From assembly GCA_963789955.1 (NCBI GenBank), contig CAWBMV010000020.1:86111-150110 (forward strand): 64,000 nucleotides of DNA, written 5' to 3'. A program made the translations under genes and the position numbers. The first letter of the stretch is position 1, and the number at the start of each line of letters is the position of its first letter. The stretch is from an uncultured Candidatus Rokubacteria bacterium. Its GTDB lineage: Bacteria > Methylomirabilota > Methylomirabilia > Rokubacteriales > CSP1-6. Of the stretch, positions 41,111 to 50,147 are shown in pieces. The notes beneath the pieces are model-generated. The model made no database searches, had not been told where the DNA came from, and saw only the letters and a list, made by a program, of their open reading frames with translations.

Positions 41111-43089
41111 ATGAGAGCCTTGATGCTCGGGCTCCTCCTCGTGGGCGCCTGGCTCGGTGCTCCAAGTCTCCTCGCGGCGTACTCGGTCCAGGAAGCGATC
41201 CTGCGCGTCAAGCCGGCCGTCGTCCTCATCACGACCGAAGTGCGCGGCGACGTCACCTTGAATTGCGGGCGCGGCCCCATCACGGTCAGCCCGGCGCCGT
41301 ACATCGAGACCGGCACCGGCTGGTTCGTCGACGGCCGCGGCTACGTCGTCACCAACGCCCACGTCGTCGACCCCGCCCATCGCCTGCCGCCCTGGGTCAC
41401 GCACGAGCTGAAGAAGAAGGCGATCGAGCAGGCGTGCGTCGAGCCGCAGCTCAAGGCGCGCGGCCTCATGCACGGGCAGCGGCCGGACGTCGAGGAGAGC
41501 GATCCGCCAGGCCGCCGCGAGCGGTCGCCCTGGCCAGCGCCAAGCTCGAGGCCGAGCCCCAGATCACGGTGATGCTGTCGAACGGCGTGAAGCTCCCGGC
41601 GGAGGTCCAGAAATTCAGCCCGCCGCCGACGGTCGACAGCGCTGGGCAAGCCGACTCCGGACTCCGGGCGCGACCTCGCGCTGCTTCGGGTGCAGGACGG
41701 CGTCTATCCCGCGATCGGGCTCACCACGCGCGAGGTGCAGATCGGCGATCCGGTGCACATCCTGGGCTTCCCGGGCGTCGTGCTGTCCCACGAGCTCCTG
41801 AACCAGAACGTGACGCTCGAGGCCTCCGCCACGAACGGCGCCGTGTCCGGCTTCAAGATGGACGTCATCAACCAGGACCTGGTCCAGACGGACGCGCCCG
41901 CCGCGCACGGCAACAGCGGCGGGCCGGCCGTCACCGACGACGCGACGCTCGTCGGGCGTGATGCAGTTCGTGTCGCTTTCGGCCTCGGGCGCGAACGTGC
42001 AGGGCTTCAACTTCCTGATCCCCGCGCAGCGACGTCGGCAAGTTCCTGCAGGGCACCGAGGTCAAGAAGCCCGGCGACGAGCAAGTTCAACACCGTCTGG
42101 GCCGGCGGCGTCGAGGCGTTGCTGGCCCAGCGCTACAAGGTGGCGCTGCGAAGATCTGACCGAGGCCAACAAGCTCGTGCCGAACCTGACCGACGTGAAG
42201 CACGCGCTCGAGCAGGCGCGAGGAGAAGGTGAAGAATCCGCCGCCCGAGCCGTTCCCGTGGGCGCTGGCGACGCTCGGCGTGACCCTCGTGAGCGTCGGC
42301 GTCTATGGCGGCATGTGGGGCAAGCGGTGGTGGAAGAACCGCTTCCGCGTCACGCCGACGCAGGTCATCGGCTTCATCGAGCGCGGCCTCAATCCGGTCC
42401 TGCTCGACGTGCGCACCAAGACCGACTTCGAGACGAGCCCGCTGAAGCTGCCGGGCTCGACCCGGCTGGCGCCGGAGGAGGCCGAGCGCGCGCCGATCAA
42501 CTTCGAGCCCGAGCAGATGATCATCACGTACTGCACGAGCCCGGAGGAGCAGCAGAGCGCGCGGGTCGCCCAGATTCTTCGGCAGCGCGGCTTCAAGACG
42601 GTGCGCATCCTCAAGGGCGGTCTCGGCGGCTGGACCAACGCGCGCCTGCCGGTCGAGGGGAAGTCGGCGCTGCCGTCGGTCGGGCTCGAGCTCTACAAGA
42701 ACCTGTCGCTCGGCGACATCGAGCGGCGGCGGTTCAAGCAGGGCGAGGTCATCTTCAAGGAAGGCGCCGAGGCGCAGGACGAGGCTTTCGTGATCCACGC
42801 GGGCACGGTCGAGATCCGCCGCAACTTCGACGGGGTCGAGCGGGTGGTGAACCGGATCGGCGAAGGCGAGCCGCTCGGCGAGATGGCGGTCTTCCGCGGG
42901 GGAGCGCGGCGCTCGGCGAGCGCCGTCGCGGCCGAGGACGTCGAGCTGCTGGTCATCAAGGAAGAGCGCCTCGAGTGGCTGGTTCGCAATCGGCCTCAGC
43001 TCGCGCTCGAGCTTCTCAAGCGGCTCTCGAATCTGGTCGTCGCCACCGACCAGGAGCGCGCTCAGGCCCACGCCGGCGGCGTCAGATGA
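41111..43089 (+). CDS. trypsin-like serine protease - TM - rhodanese - cNMP-binding multidomain protein (frameshifted)
   Basis: Signal peptide; VVTNAHVV (His), RDLALL (Asp), GNSGGP (Ser); TM WALATLGV; LLDVR..YCTSPEE..LKGGLGGW rhodanese; IFKEG..GEGEPLGEMA..RSASAVA cNMP domain. Confidence 0.75.
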
Positions 43090-44296
43090 CGCCGCGTTCG
43101 CTCAGCCGGGTCAGCTCGGCGCTCGAGATCCCGAGCCTGCCGCAGTAGATCTCCTCGTTGTGCTCGCCCGGCCTGGACGGCCCGGCGCTCTCGATCCGTC
43201 CCGGCGTCAGGGTGAGCCGCGGCACCACGCCCGGCATCGTGATCCGGCCGAGGAGCGGGAGCACGGCGGACACGATGTTCTCTCGCGCCCGCACGTGCGC
43301 ATCCTCGAACAGGTCGCGCACGCTCGCGACGAGCGCCGAGGGCACTTCGGCGGCCTCGAGCGCCGCGAGCGCCTCGGGCGCGTCGCGCTCGCCGACCCAG
43401 CCGGCGACGAGCCCGTCCACGAGGGCGCGGTGCTCGAGTCGCGCGGGTGTCGTCGTCATCCGCGGATCGGCCGCGAGGTCGGGGCGCCCCATCGCCTGAC
43501 TCAATCGCGCGAACATCCGGTCGTTGGTGCAGGCGATCGCGACCCAGCGCCCGTCGCGGGTTTGATAGTGGTTGTGCGGGACCGCGCTCTCCGTTCCCGA
43601 GCCGATGCGCTCCCGCACCTGGCCCGTGCCGCCGAAGACGGCGATCGCGTCGTCGAGCACGCGCAGCACCGGCTCGTAGAGGCCGAGATCGACGACCTGG
43701 CCCTCGCCGGTGCGCTCGGCGTGGCGGAGCGCCACGAGCGCGCCGACGGCGGCGAACACGCCGGCCAGGTAGTCGGGGACCGTGGGCGTCCCCGGCGAGA
43801 CCGGCGCGCGATCGGGATAGCCCGCGAGGTACGCGAGGCCGCCGACCGCGGCGGCGATCCGCCCGAAGCCGGGGCGCTCGCGGTTCGGCCCGGTCTGCCC
43901 GAACGCCGAGATGCGCACCATGACGAGCGAGGGCCTGAGCCGGGCGAGGTCGTCCCAGCCGAGATTCCACCGCTCGAGCGTTCCGGGACGGAAGTTCTCG
44001 GTGACGACGTGGGCGGACGTGACCAGCCGGCGAATCAGCGCCTGACCTTCAGGATCTCTCAGGTTGCACGTGATCGACTTCTTGTTGCGCGCCTCGACGA
44101 ACCACCAGTAGGAGCCGCCGGCCGACGGCGCGACGGGCCGGCCCAGGCGCCGCAGGTCGTCGCCGACGCGAGGCTGCTCCACCTTGATCACGTCGGCGCC
44201 GAACTCGCCCAGGAGCGTCGCGCAGACGGGCGCGGCCAGATAGGTCGCGAGATCGAGGACGGTGACGCCGGCGAGGGCGTGGCGGGGCTCGGACAC
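43082..44296 (-). CDS. CaiB/BaiF class III CoA transferase
   Basis: LAGVTVLDL, FGADVIKVE, RNKKSI, ENFRPG, ISAFGQTGP, DYLAG, GQVVD. Confidence 0.92.
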   Translation of the reverse strand: MSEPRHALAGVTVLDLATYLAAPVCATLLGEFGADVIKVEQPRVGDDLRRLGRPVAPSAGGSYWWFVEARNKKSITCNLRDPEGQALIRRLVTSAHVVTENFRPGTLERWNLGWDDLARLRPSLVMVRISAFGQTGPNRERPGFGRIAAAVGGLAYLAGYPDRAPVSPGTPTVPDYLAGVFAAVGALVALRHAERTGEGQVVDLGLYEPVLRVLDDAIAVFGGTGQVRERIGSGTESAVPHNHYQTRDGRWVAIACTNDRMFARLSQAMGRPDLAADPRMTTTPARLEHRALVDGLVAGWVGERDAPEALAALEAAEVPSALVASVRDLFEDAHVRARENIVSAVLPLLGRITMPGVVPRLTLTPGRIESAGPSRPGEHNEEIYCGRLGISSAELTRLSERGVI

Positions 44297-44375
44297 GGCG
44301 GCATCTTACCGCGGTCGTGCTACGATTCGGCCGGCTCGGGCGTGAATCGCCGCGCCCGCCGACCGCGAGGATGCG

Positions 44376-45350
44376 ATGAAAGTGATGCTGGCGCGCGCGT
44401 GGGGCGATCCGTCGACGCTCGAGTACGCGGACGTGCCGACTCCACGACCGAACGCCGGCGAGGTCGTCATCGAAGTCCGCGCGATCGGCTGCAACTTCCC
44501 CGACATCCTGATCGTCCAGGGCAAGTATCAATACAAGCCCGAGCTGCCGTTCAGTCCCGGCTGCGAGGTCTCGGGCATCGTGCGCGGGATCGGCGCCGGG
44601 GTCACCGAGGTTGGTCTGGGCGAGCGCGTGTTCGCGACGATGGCGTGGGGCGGCTACGCGGGCGTGGTCGCGGTGGATCAGCGTCACGTGTACGCCCTTC
44701 CCGACTTCATGACCTTCGAGGAGGGCGCGGTCTTCGGGCTCGCGTACCAGACGGCCTGGTGCGGCCTCGTCCATCGCGCCGGGCTTCGCCGCGGCGAAAC
44801 TCTGCTGGTCCACGCCGCCGCCGGCGGAACCGGGCTCGCGGCGGTGCAGCTCGGCCGCGCGCTGGGCGCTCGGGTCATCGCGACCGCGGGCTCGGCCGCG
44901 AAGCTCGAGGTCGCGCGGGCCAACGGCGCCGACGTCTGCATCGACTACCGGACCGAGGCGTGGGTGGAGCGCGTGACCCGCGAGACTCACGGCGAGGGCG
45001 CCAACGTCATCTTCGATCCGGTCGGCGGCGACGTCTTCGAGGGCTCGACTCGCTGTATCGCGTTCGAGGGACGGCTGCTCGTGGTCGGCTTCGCGGGCGG
45101 CCGCATCGCCGACGTTGCCGGCAATCGGGTGCTCCTGAAGAACATCAGCGTGGTCGGCGTCCACTGGGGGCTCTACCGGCAGCGCGACGCGACGCGGGTG
45201 CGGCGCTGGATGGTCGAGCTCTTGAAGCTCGCGGAGGCCCGTCAGCTGACGCCGGTCATCTGGAGGTCGTTCCCGCTGGAGCGCGCGGCGCGGGCGCTCG
45301 CCGCCATCGGCGGGCGCGAGAGCTACGGCAAGGTCGTGCTGATCCCGTGA
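44376..45350 (+). CDS. NADPH:quinone oxidoreductase family (zinc-independent MDR)
   Basis: NFPDILIVQGKYQ, VHAAAGGTG, FDPVGG, GRLLVVGFAGG, GKVVL. Confidence 0.9.
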   Translation: MKVMLARAWGDPSTLEYADVPTPRPNAGEVVIEVRAIGCNFPDILIVQGKYQYKPELPFSPGCEVSGIVRGIGAGVTEVGLGERVFATMAWGGYAGVVAVDQRHVYALPDFMTFEEGAVFGLAYQTAWCGLVHRAGLRRGETLLVHAAAGGTGLAAVQLGRALGARVIATAGSAAKLEVARANGADVCIDYRTEAWVERVTRETHGEGANVIFDPVGGDVFEGSTRCIAFEGRLLVVGFAGGRIADVAGNRVLLKNISVVGVHWGLYRQRDATRVRRWMVELLKLAEARQLTPVIWRSFPLERAARALAAIGGRESYGKVVLIP

Positions 45351-45778
45351 TCAAGCTTCCGCTCACGCGCCTCGATCCGTCGATCGAGCTGCCGTCCTAC
45401 GCGCGCGAGGGCGACGCGGGCCTCGACCTTCGCGCCGCGCACGACGCGACGCTCGAGCCGGGCGGCCGCGGGCTCGTCGGCACGGGCCTCGCGGTCGCGA
45501 TCCCTCCGGGCTACGCCGGGCTCGTGCTTCCGCGCTCCGGCCTCGCGCTGAGCCAGGGCGTGACCGTCCTCAACGCGCCGGGGCTCGTCGACGCCGGCTA
45601 CCGCGGTGAGCTGAAGGTGCTGCTCGTCAACCACGGTGACAAGCCGGTGCCCGTGCGTCGCGGCGACCGCATCGCGCAGCTCGTCATCCAGCGCGTCGAG
45701 CGCGCGGAGCTGATCGAAGTGAACGAGCTCCCCACGAGCGAGCGCGGCGCCGGCGGATTCGGCTCGACCGGCGTCTGA
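45347..45778 (+). CDS. dut: dUTP diphosphatase
   Basis: AGLDL, PRSGLA, NAPGLVDAGYRGE, GDRIAQLV, RGAGGFGSTG; GTGA overlap with the upstream gene. Confidence 0.95.
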   Translation: MIKLPLTRLDPSIELPSYAREGDAGLDLRAAHDATLEPGGRGLVGTGLAVAIPPGYAGLVLPRSGLALSQGVTVLNAPGLVDAGYRGELKVLLVNHGDKPVPVRRGDRIAQLVIQRVERAELIEVNELPTSERGAGGFGSTGV

Positions 45779-45816
45779 CGGCCCGGCGGACGGGTCCGCG
45801 GCGGGCCGGCCGCGAT

Positions 45817-45993
45817 TCAGTAGCCGCCGCCACCGCTCTCGCGCTGGCAGGTGCCGCCACGCCACAGCCCGCCGGAGCGCTCGCACTCCTGCTGCAGCGA
45901 CGCCACCGGCGCGGTCGACCCGCCCTGCATGCACCCGGCCGTGCTCGATACGAGGACCAAGAAGCCGAAGCCCGCGACCAGCGCCTTTTTCAT
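45817..45993 (-). CDS. small lipoprotein with CxxxGGxW..C motif
   Basis: GGAG RBS; MKK, hydrophobic core, TAGC lipobox; CERSGGLWRGGTC. Confidence 0.65.
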   Translation of the reverse strand: MKKALVAGFGFLVLVSSTAGCMQGGSTAPVASLQQECERSGGLWRGGTCQRESGGGGY

Positions 45994-46056
45994 GGCTCCC
46001 CTCCGCCGGAGGAACACGCGGAGCGGCGCGTGTGGTTCCGGGGTGCGACGAGAGTC

Positions 46057-47691
46057 TCAGTCGCCCGGCGCCATGAACGGGTAACGGAAGTCGGTCGGCG
46101 GCACGAACGTCTCCTTGATCGCGCGCGGGCTCACCCAGCGCAGGAGGTTCAGGACGCTGCCCGCCTTGTCGTTCGTCCCCGACGCGCGCGCGCCGCCGAA
46201 CGGTTGCTGGCCGACGACGGCGCCCGTCGGCTTGTCGTTCACGTAGAAATTACCCGCGGCGTTCGTCAAGACCTCCGTCATGTGGGCGATCGCCGCCCGA
46301 TCGCGCGCGAAGACCGCGCCGGTGAGCGCATACGGTGAGCCGCTCTCGCAGAGCTCGAGCGCGGTGTCGAGATCGCGGTCCTCGTAGACCCACACCGTGA
46401 GCACCGGGCCGAAGATCTCCTCGCGCAGGAGCTTGAGATCCGGCCGCTTCGCCAGGATCACGGTGGGCTCGACGAAGTAGCCCTTGCCGTCGTCATACCC
46501 GCCGCCGGCGAGGATCGCGGCGTCCGGAGACTGTCGCGCGAAGTCGAGATAGCTCTTGATCGTCGCGAAGGCGTGACCGTCGATCACCGCGCCCATGAAG
46601 TTGGTGAAGTCGGCGGGATCACCGATCCGGATCTCGGCGACCTGCCGGAGCAGGTGCTCCTGGACCGCCGGCCAGAGGGACGCGGGCACGAACGCGCGCG
46701 AGGCGGCCGAGCACTTCTGGCCCTGGTACTCGAAGGCGCCGCGGGTCAACGCCGTCACGAGTGCGGCCACGTCGGCCGACGCGTGAGCGAAGACGAAATC
46801 CTTGCCGCCGGTCTCGCCGACGATCCGCGGATAGGACCGGTAGCGCCGGATGTTCCGTCCGACCGTCTCCCACATCCCCTGGAACGTCGCGGTCGATCCG
46901 GTGAAGTGAATGCCCGCGAGCGCCGGCGAGGCCAGTGCCGGGTCACCGATGTCGGCGCCCGCGCCCGGCACCATGTTGATGACGCCAGGCGGCAGACCCG
47001 CCGCCTCGAGGATCTCCATGATGAAGTGGGCGGAGTAGAGCGCGGACGACGCCGGCTTCCACACGACGGTGTTGCCCAGGATGGCGGGCGCGGTCGGTAA
47101 GTTGCCGCCGATCGACGTGAAGTTGAACGGCGTCACCGCGAACACGAACCCTTCGAGCGCACGGTGCTCGAGCCGGTTCCACACGCCCGGCGACGACAGC
47201 GGCTGCTGGCGATAGATCTCCTCCGCGAAGGCGACGTTGAATCGCCAGAAGTCGATCAGCTCGCATGCGGCGTCGATCTCGGCCTGGTGCGCCGTCTTGG
47301 ACTGGCCGAGCATCGTCGCGGCATTCAAGGTCATCCGGTACGGTCCCGCGAGGAGATCGGCGGCCTTGAGAAAGATCGCCGCGCGGTCGTGAAAGGGGAG
47401 CCGCGACCACTCGCGATGCGCCGCGCCCGCCGCGTCGATCGCGCGCTGCACCTCGGAGGCGCCGGCCTTGTGCCAGACGGCCAGAACGTGACGATGGTCG
47501 TGCGGCATGACGGCTTCCGCCGTCCGGCCGGTGGTGATCCGACGCCCGTCGATGCGCGGCGCGATCTCGATGACCTGGCCGCCCAGGCGGTCGAGCTCCG
47601 TGCGGAGCGCCTTCCGTTCCGGACTCCCGGGGGTGTAGCCGAGGACCGGCTCGTTGCGGGGTGGGGGCACATTGAAGATCCCGTTGCTCAT
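46057..47691 (-). CDS. pruA: L-glutamate gamma-semialdehyde (P5C) dehydrogenase
   Basis: NEPVLGY, EIDAACELIDFWRFN, PFNFT, FTGS, GETGGKDF, FEYQGQKCSA, EEIFGP, GNFYVNDKPTG. Confidence 0.94.
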   Translation of the reverse strand: MSNGIFNVPPPRNEPVLGYTPGSPERKALRTELDRLGGQVIEIAPRIDGRRITTGRTAEAVMPHDHRHVLAVWHKAGASEVQRAIDAAGAAHREWSRLPFHDRAAIFLKAADLLAGPYRMTLNAATMLGQSKTAHQAEIDAACELIDFWRFNVAFAEEIYRQQPLSSPGVWNRLEHRALEGFVFAVTPFNFTSIGGNLPTAPAILGNTVVWKPASSALYSAHFIMEILEAAGLPPGVINMVPGAGADIGDPALASPALAGIHFTGSTATFQGMWETVGRNIRRYRSYPRIVGETGGKDFVFAHASADVAALVTALTRGAFEYQGQKCSAASRAFVPASLWPAVQEHLLRQVAEIRIGDPADFTNFMGAVIDGHAFATIKSYLDFARQSPDAAILAGGGYDDGKGYFVEPTVILAKRPDLKLLREEIFGPVLTVWVYEDRDLDTALELCESGSPYALTGAVFARDRAAIAHMTEVLTNAAGNFYVNDKPTGAVVGQQPFGGARASGTNDKAGSVLNLLRWVSPRAIKETFVPPTDFRYPFMAPGD

Positions 47692-47722
47692 GGCGGACCT
47701 CCTTCTGCCTATCGACCCCAGC

Positions 47723-49897
47723 TTACCGCCGGCGGGCGTCGGCCTCCGCCTCGTCGATCTCGTCGTCGCGATTGCGGCCGCGCGCCACGTAGTCGGCGAC
47801 CAGCGACGCCGAGCCCGCATCCAGCGACGTGAACTGGATACCGGCCTTCTCGCCGCGACGCGAGACGATCGTGCCCTCGCGCGACGATCTTCCGACCGAC
47901 CTCACCGCCTTCGAGGCGGACCTCCACCGTGCTGCCGGTCGCCCATTCGGCCGGGACGTCGACCAGTCCGAGTCCGCCTTCGCTGATGTCGAAGGTACGC
48001 GCTCGGCACGTGCGCCCGTCGGCGACGGTGAGCTGGACGACCGCGTCCAGCGGGGCGCGCGGATGCTTGCGCATGCTGGACGGCATGACGCCGTAGATCT
48101 TCACGGGCTGTGACTTGCCCTTCACCGTCACCGTGTCGAGCTCTTTGGTCGGGAACCGGCCCTTCACGTACTCGTACGTGTACTCGCTGATGATGATCGG
48201 AACGCCGTAGTCCTTGGTGACGGACTCGAGTCGGGCCGCCAGGTTGACGGGGTCGCCGATCGCCGTGTACTCGTTCCGCTGCTTGGAGCCGAGGCTCCCC
48301 ACGATGGCCTCGCCCGAGTTGATGCCGACGCCGCAGCGAATCGACACGCCGAGCTTCGTCTGCCACCGGGCGGAGAACCCAATGGCCCGCTCCTGGAACT
48401 CGAGGGCGGTACGGATCGCGTTCAGCGCGTGCTCGGCGTCTTCGCGCGGCGCGTTGTAGAGCGCCATGATGCCGTCGCCCATGTACTTGTCGATGGTGCC
48501 CCGATGGCGGAAGACGACTTCCGTCATCACGGTGAGGTACTCGCGGAGCATCTCGTCGACCTGCTCCGGCGCCAGACGCTCCGAGATCGTCGTGAACCCT
48601 CGAATGTCCGAGAAGAGCACGGTCACGAGGCGCTTTTGCGGGCGAAGCAGGTGCCCGTCGCGATCGCGAACCACCTCGCGCAGCACGTCGGGCGAGAAGA
48701 ACCGCGACAGGCGCTGCTTCTCGCGCTGCTCGCGCACGAAGTTCTCGACGACGGTCGCGCCGTAGCCGAGCACCAGGCCGAAGGTGGGCGCCATCCCGCG
48801 CATCCACACATTGCCGTACTTGAAGGCGACGAACGCGACCAGGCCGGCCGCGACCCACACGACGACCACGACGACCAGCGCCCTGAAGGCGCGCAGCCGG
48901 ATCGCGAGCAAGGACCCCGCCAGCGCCGCGATCGCCGCGAGCACCATCGACGCGAGCTTCGGGACCTCTCGAATCCGGTCGCCGCGGATGAGCGTCTCGA
49001 GCGCGTTGGCGTGAATGACCACGCCCGGCATGTCGCCGCCGGCGGCGAACGCCGTCGCGAACACGTCGTGCAGGATCTCGCTGGTCGGAGCCGATCAAGA
49101 CGATCTTGTCGCGAAACTGGCCCGCCGGGATCTCGCCGTTCACGACGCGGTAGTACGGGCACGCGCTCGAAGCTCCGTGAGCCGACCGCCGAAGTTGACC
49201 AGGATCTCCCCGACGTTCGGCAGCGGCTTCGGTCGGGAAGCCCGCGGCGGTCACCTAGCGATGCAGCTGCGCGTCGAAGGCCGAGCCACCATTCGTAGCT
49301 CGTGTTCGGGATCCGGGCACCCGCACGCGAACGGGCACGCGCCGCACGTGGCTGTCCGGCGTCGGGAGGGACGTTGAACGGGCGCGACAGCCGCGGCCCT
49401 CTCGCGAATGACCGGCAAGCGGCATGTTGACGACCTCGCGCCGCGGCCCTGTGCCGGCCGCGTTCGAGTGACGACGAGCTGCTCGTCCTCGGACGATCGG
49501 CGAGTCCGAGCACGACGTTGCCCGCGCGACGCGATGGCGGCGCCGAGCGCCTTGTCGTCCTCGGGCCCGTACCTCGAGTCGCTTTCGAAGATGACGTCGA
49601 GGCCGATGACGAGCGGACGGTCCGCGCTGATCCGGTCGATGAGCTTGCCATGCAGCGCGCGAGGAAACGGCCACTGGAGGTTGAGCTCCTGGAAGGAGGA
49701 CTCGTCGATCATGACGATCACGATGGGCGAGGTCGGCGGACGAATGCCACGAAGCTCGAAGAGCTGATCGAACAACAAGAGCTCGAGTTGCTCGAGCGGC
49801 CCGAAGAACACGAGCTGCCACCGTGATGGCGGCCGCCAGGATGCCGACCACGTATTTCCGGATTTGACGCCGTGAGGCGCGCGGCGAAGCGACCCAT
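47723..49897 (-). CDS. CHASE2-domain class III adenylate cyclase with C-terminal PilZ domain (multiple frameshifts)
   Basis: CHASE2 IVIVMIDESS, WPFPR, IGLDVIF, KIVLIG, MPGVVIHA; three TMs; LFSDIRGFT, DKYMGDG, YTAIGDPVNLAARLE; PilZ RKHPR...DISEGG. Confidence 0.88.
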
Positions 49898-50017
49898 CGT
49901 CGCAACTCTAAGCCAGCGTTGGTCTGCTGACCACGCAGTTTCCGTGACCCGAGAGCCCGCTGGATGATCGTTCGTTCATTCCAGTAAATATTCCGGAAAT
50001 CCTTATTTGATCGACAC

Positions 50018-50047
50018 TTGACAAGCTTGGCTGGGTGCGGCGATAGT
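50018..50047 (+). promoter_or_regulatory. candidate sigma70 promoter for the FecR-domain gene
   Basis: TTGACA (50018-50023), 18 nt, GATAGT, within an AT-rich divergent intergenic region. Confidence 0.45.
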
Positions 50048-50147
50048 CGGAGGTCAAAGCTGGCCATTGGTACCGATTGATGCAGACGTCTCCCTGGTCT
50101 CGGGTGGCCGCCCTGGACGCTCTGACGTTGTTGAGGAGGACGCCGTT

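Noticed and set aside
501..45778. Very long antisense or alternate-frame ORFs (e.g. 501-2435, 4938-7037, 8748-10925, 23337-25349, 43160-45778 upstream of dut)
   Set aside because: Shadow ORFs expected at this GC content opposite well-supported genes; Arg/Ala/Gly-rich with no domain motifs.
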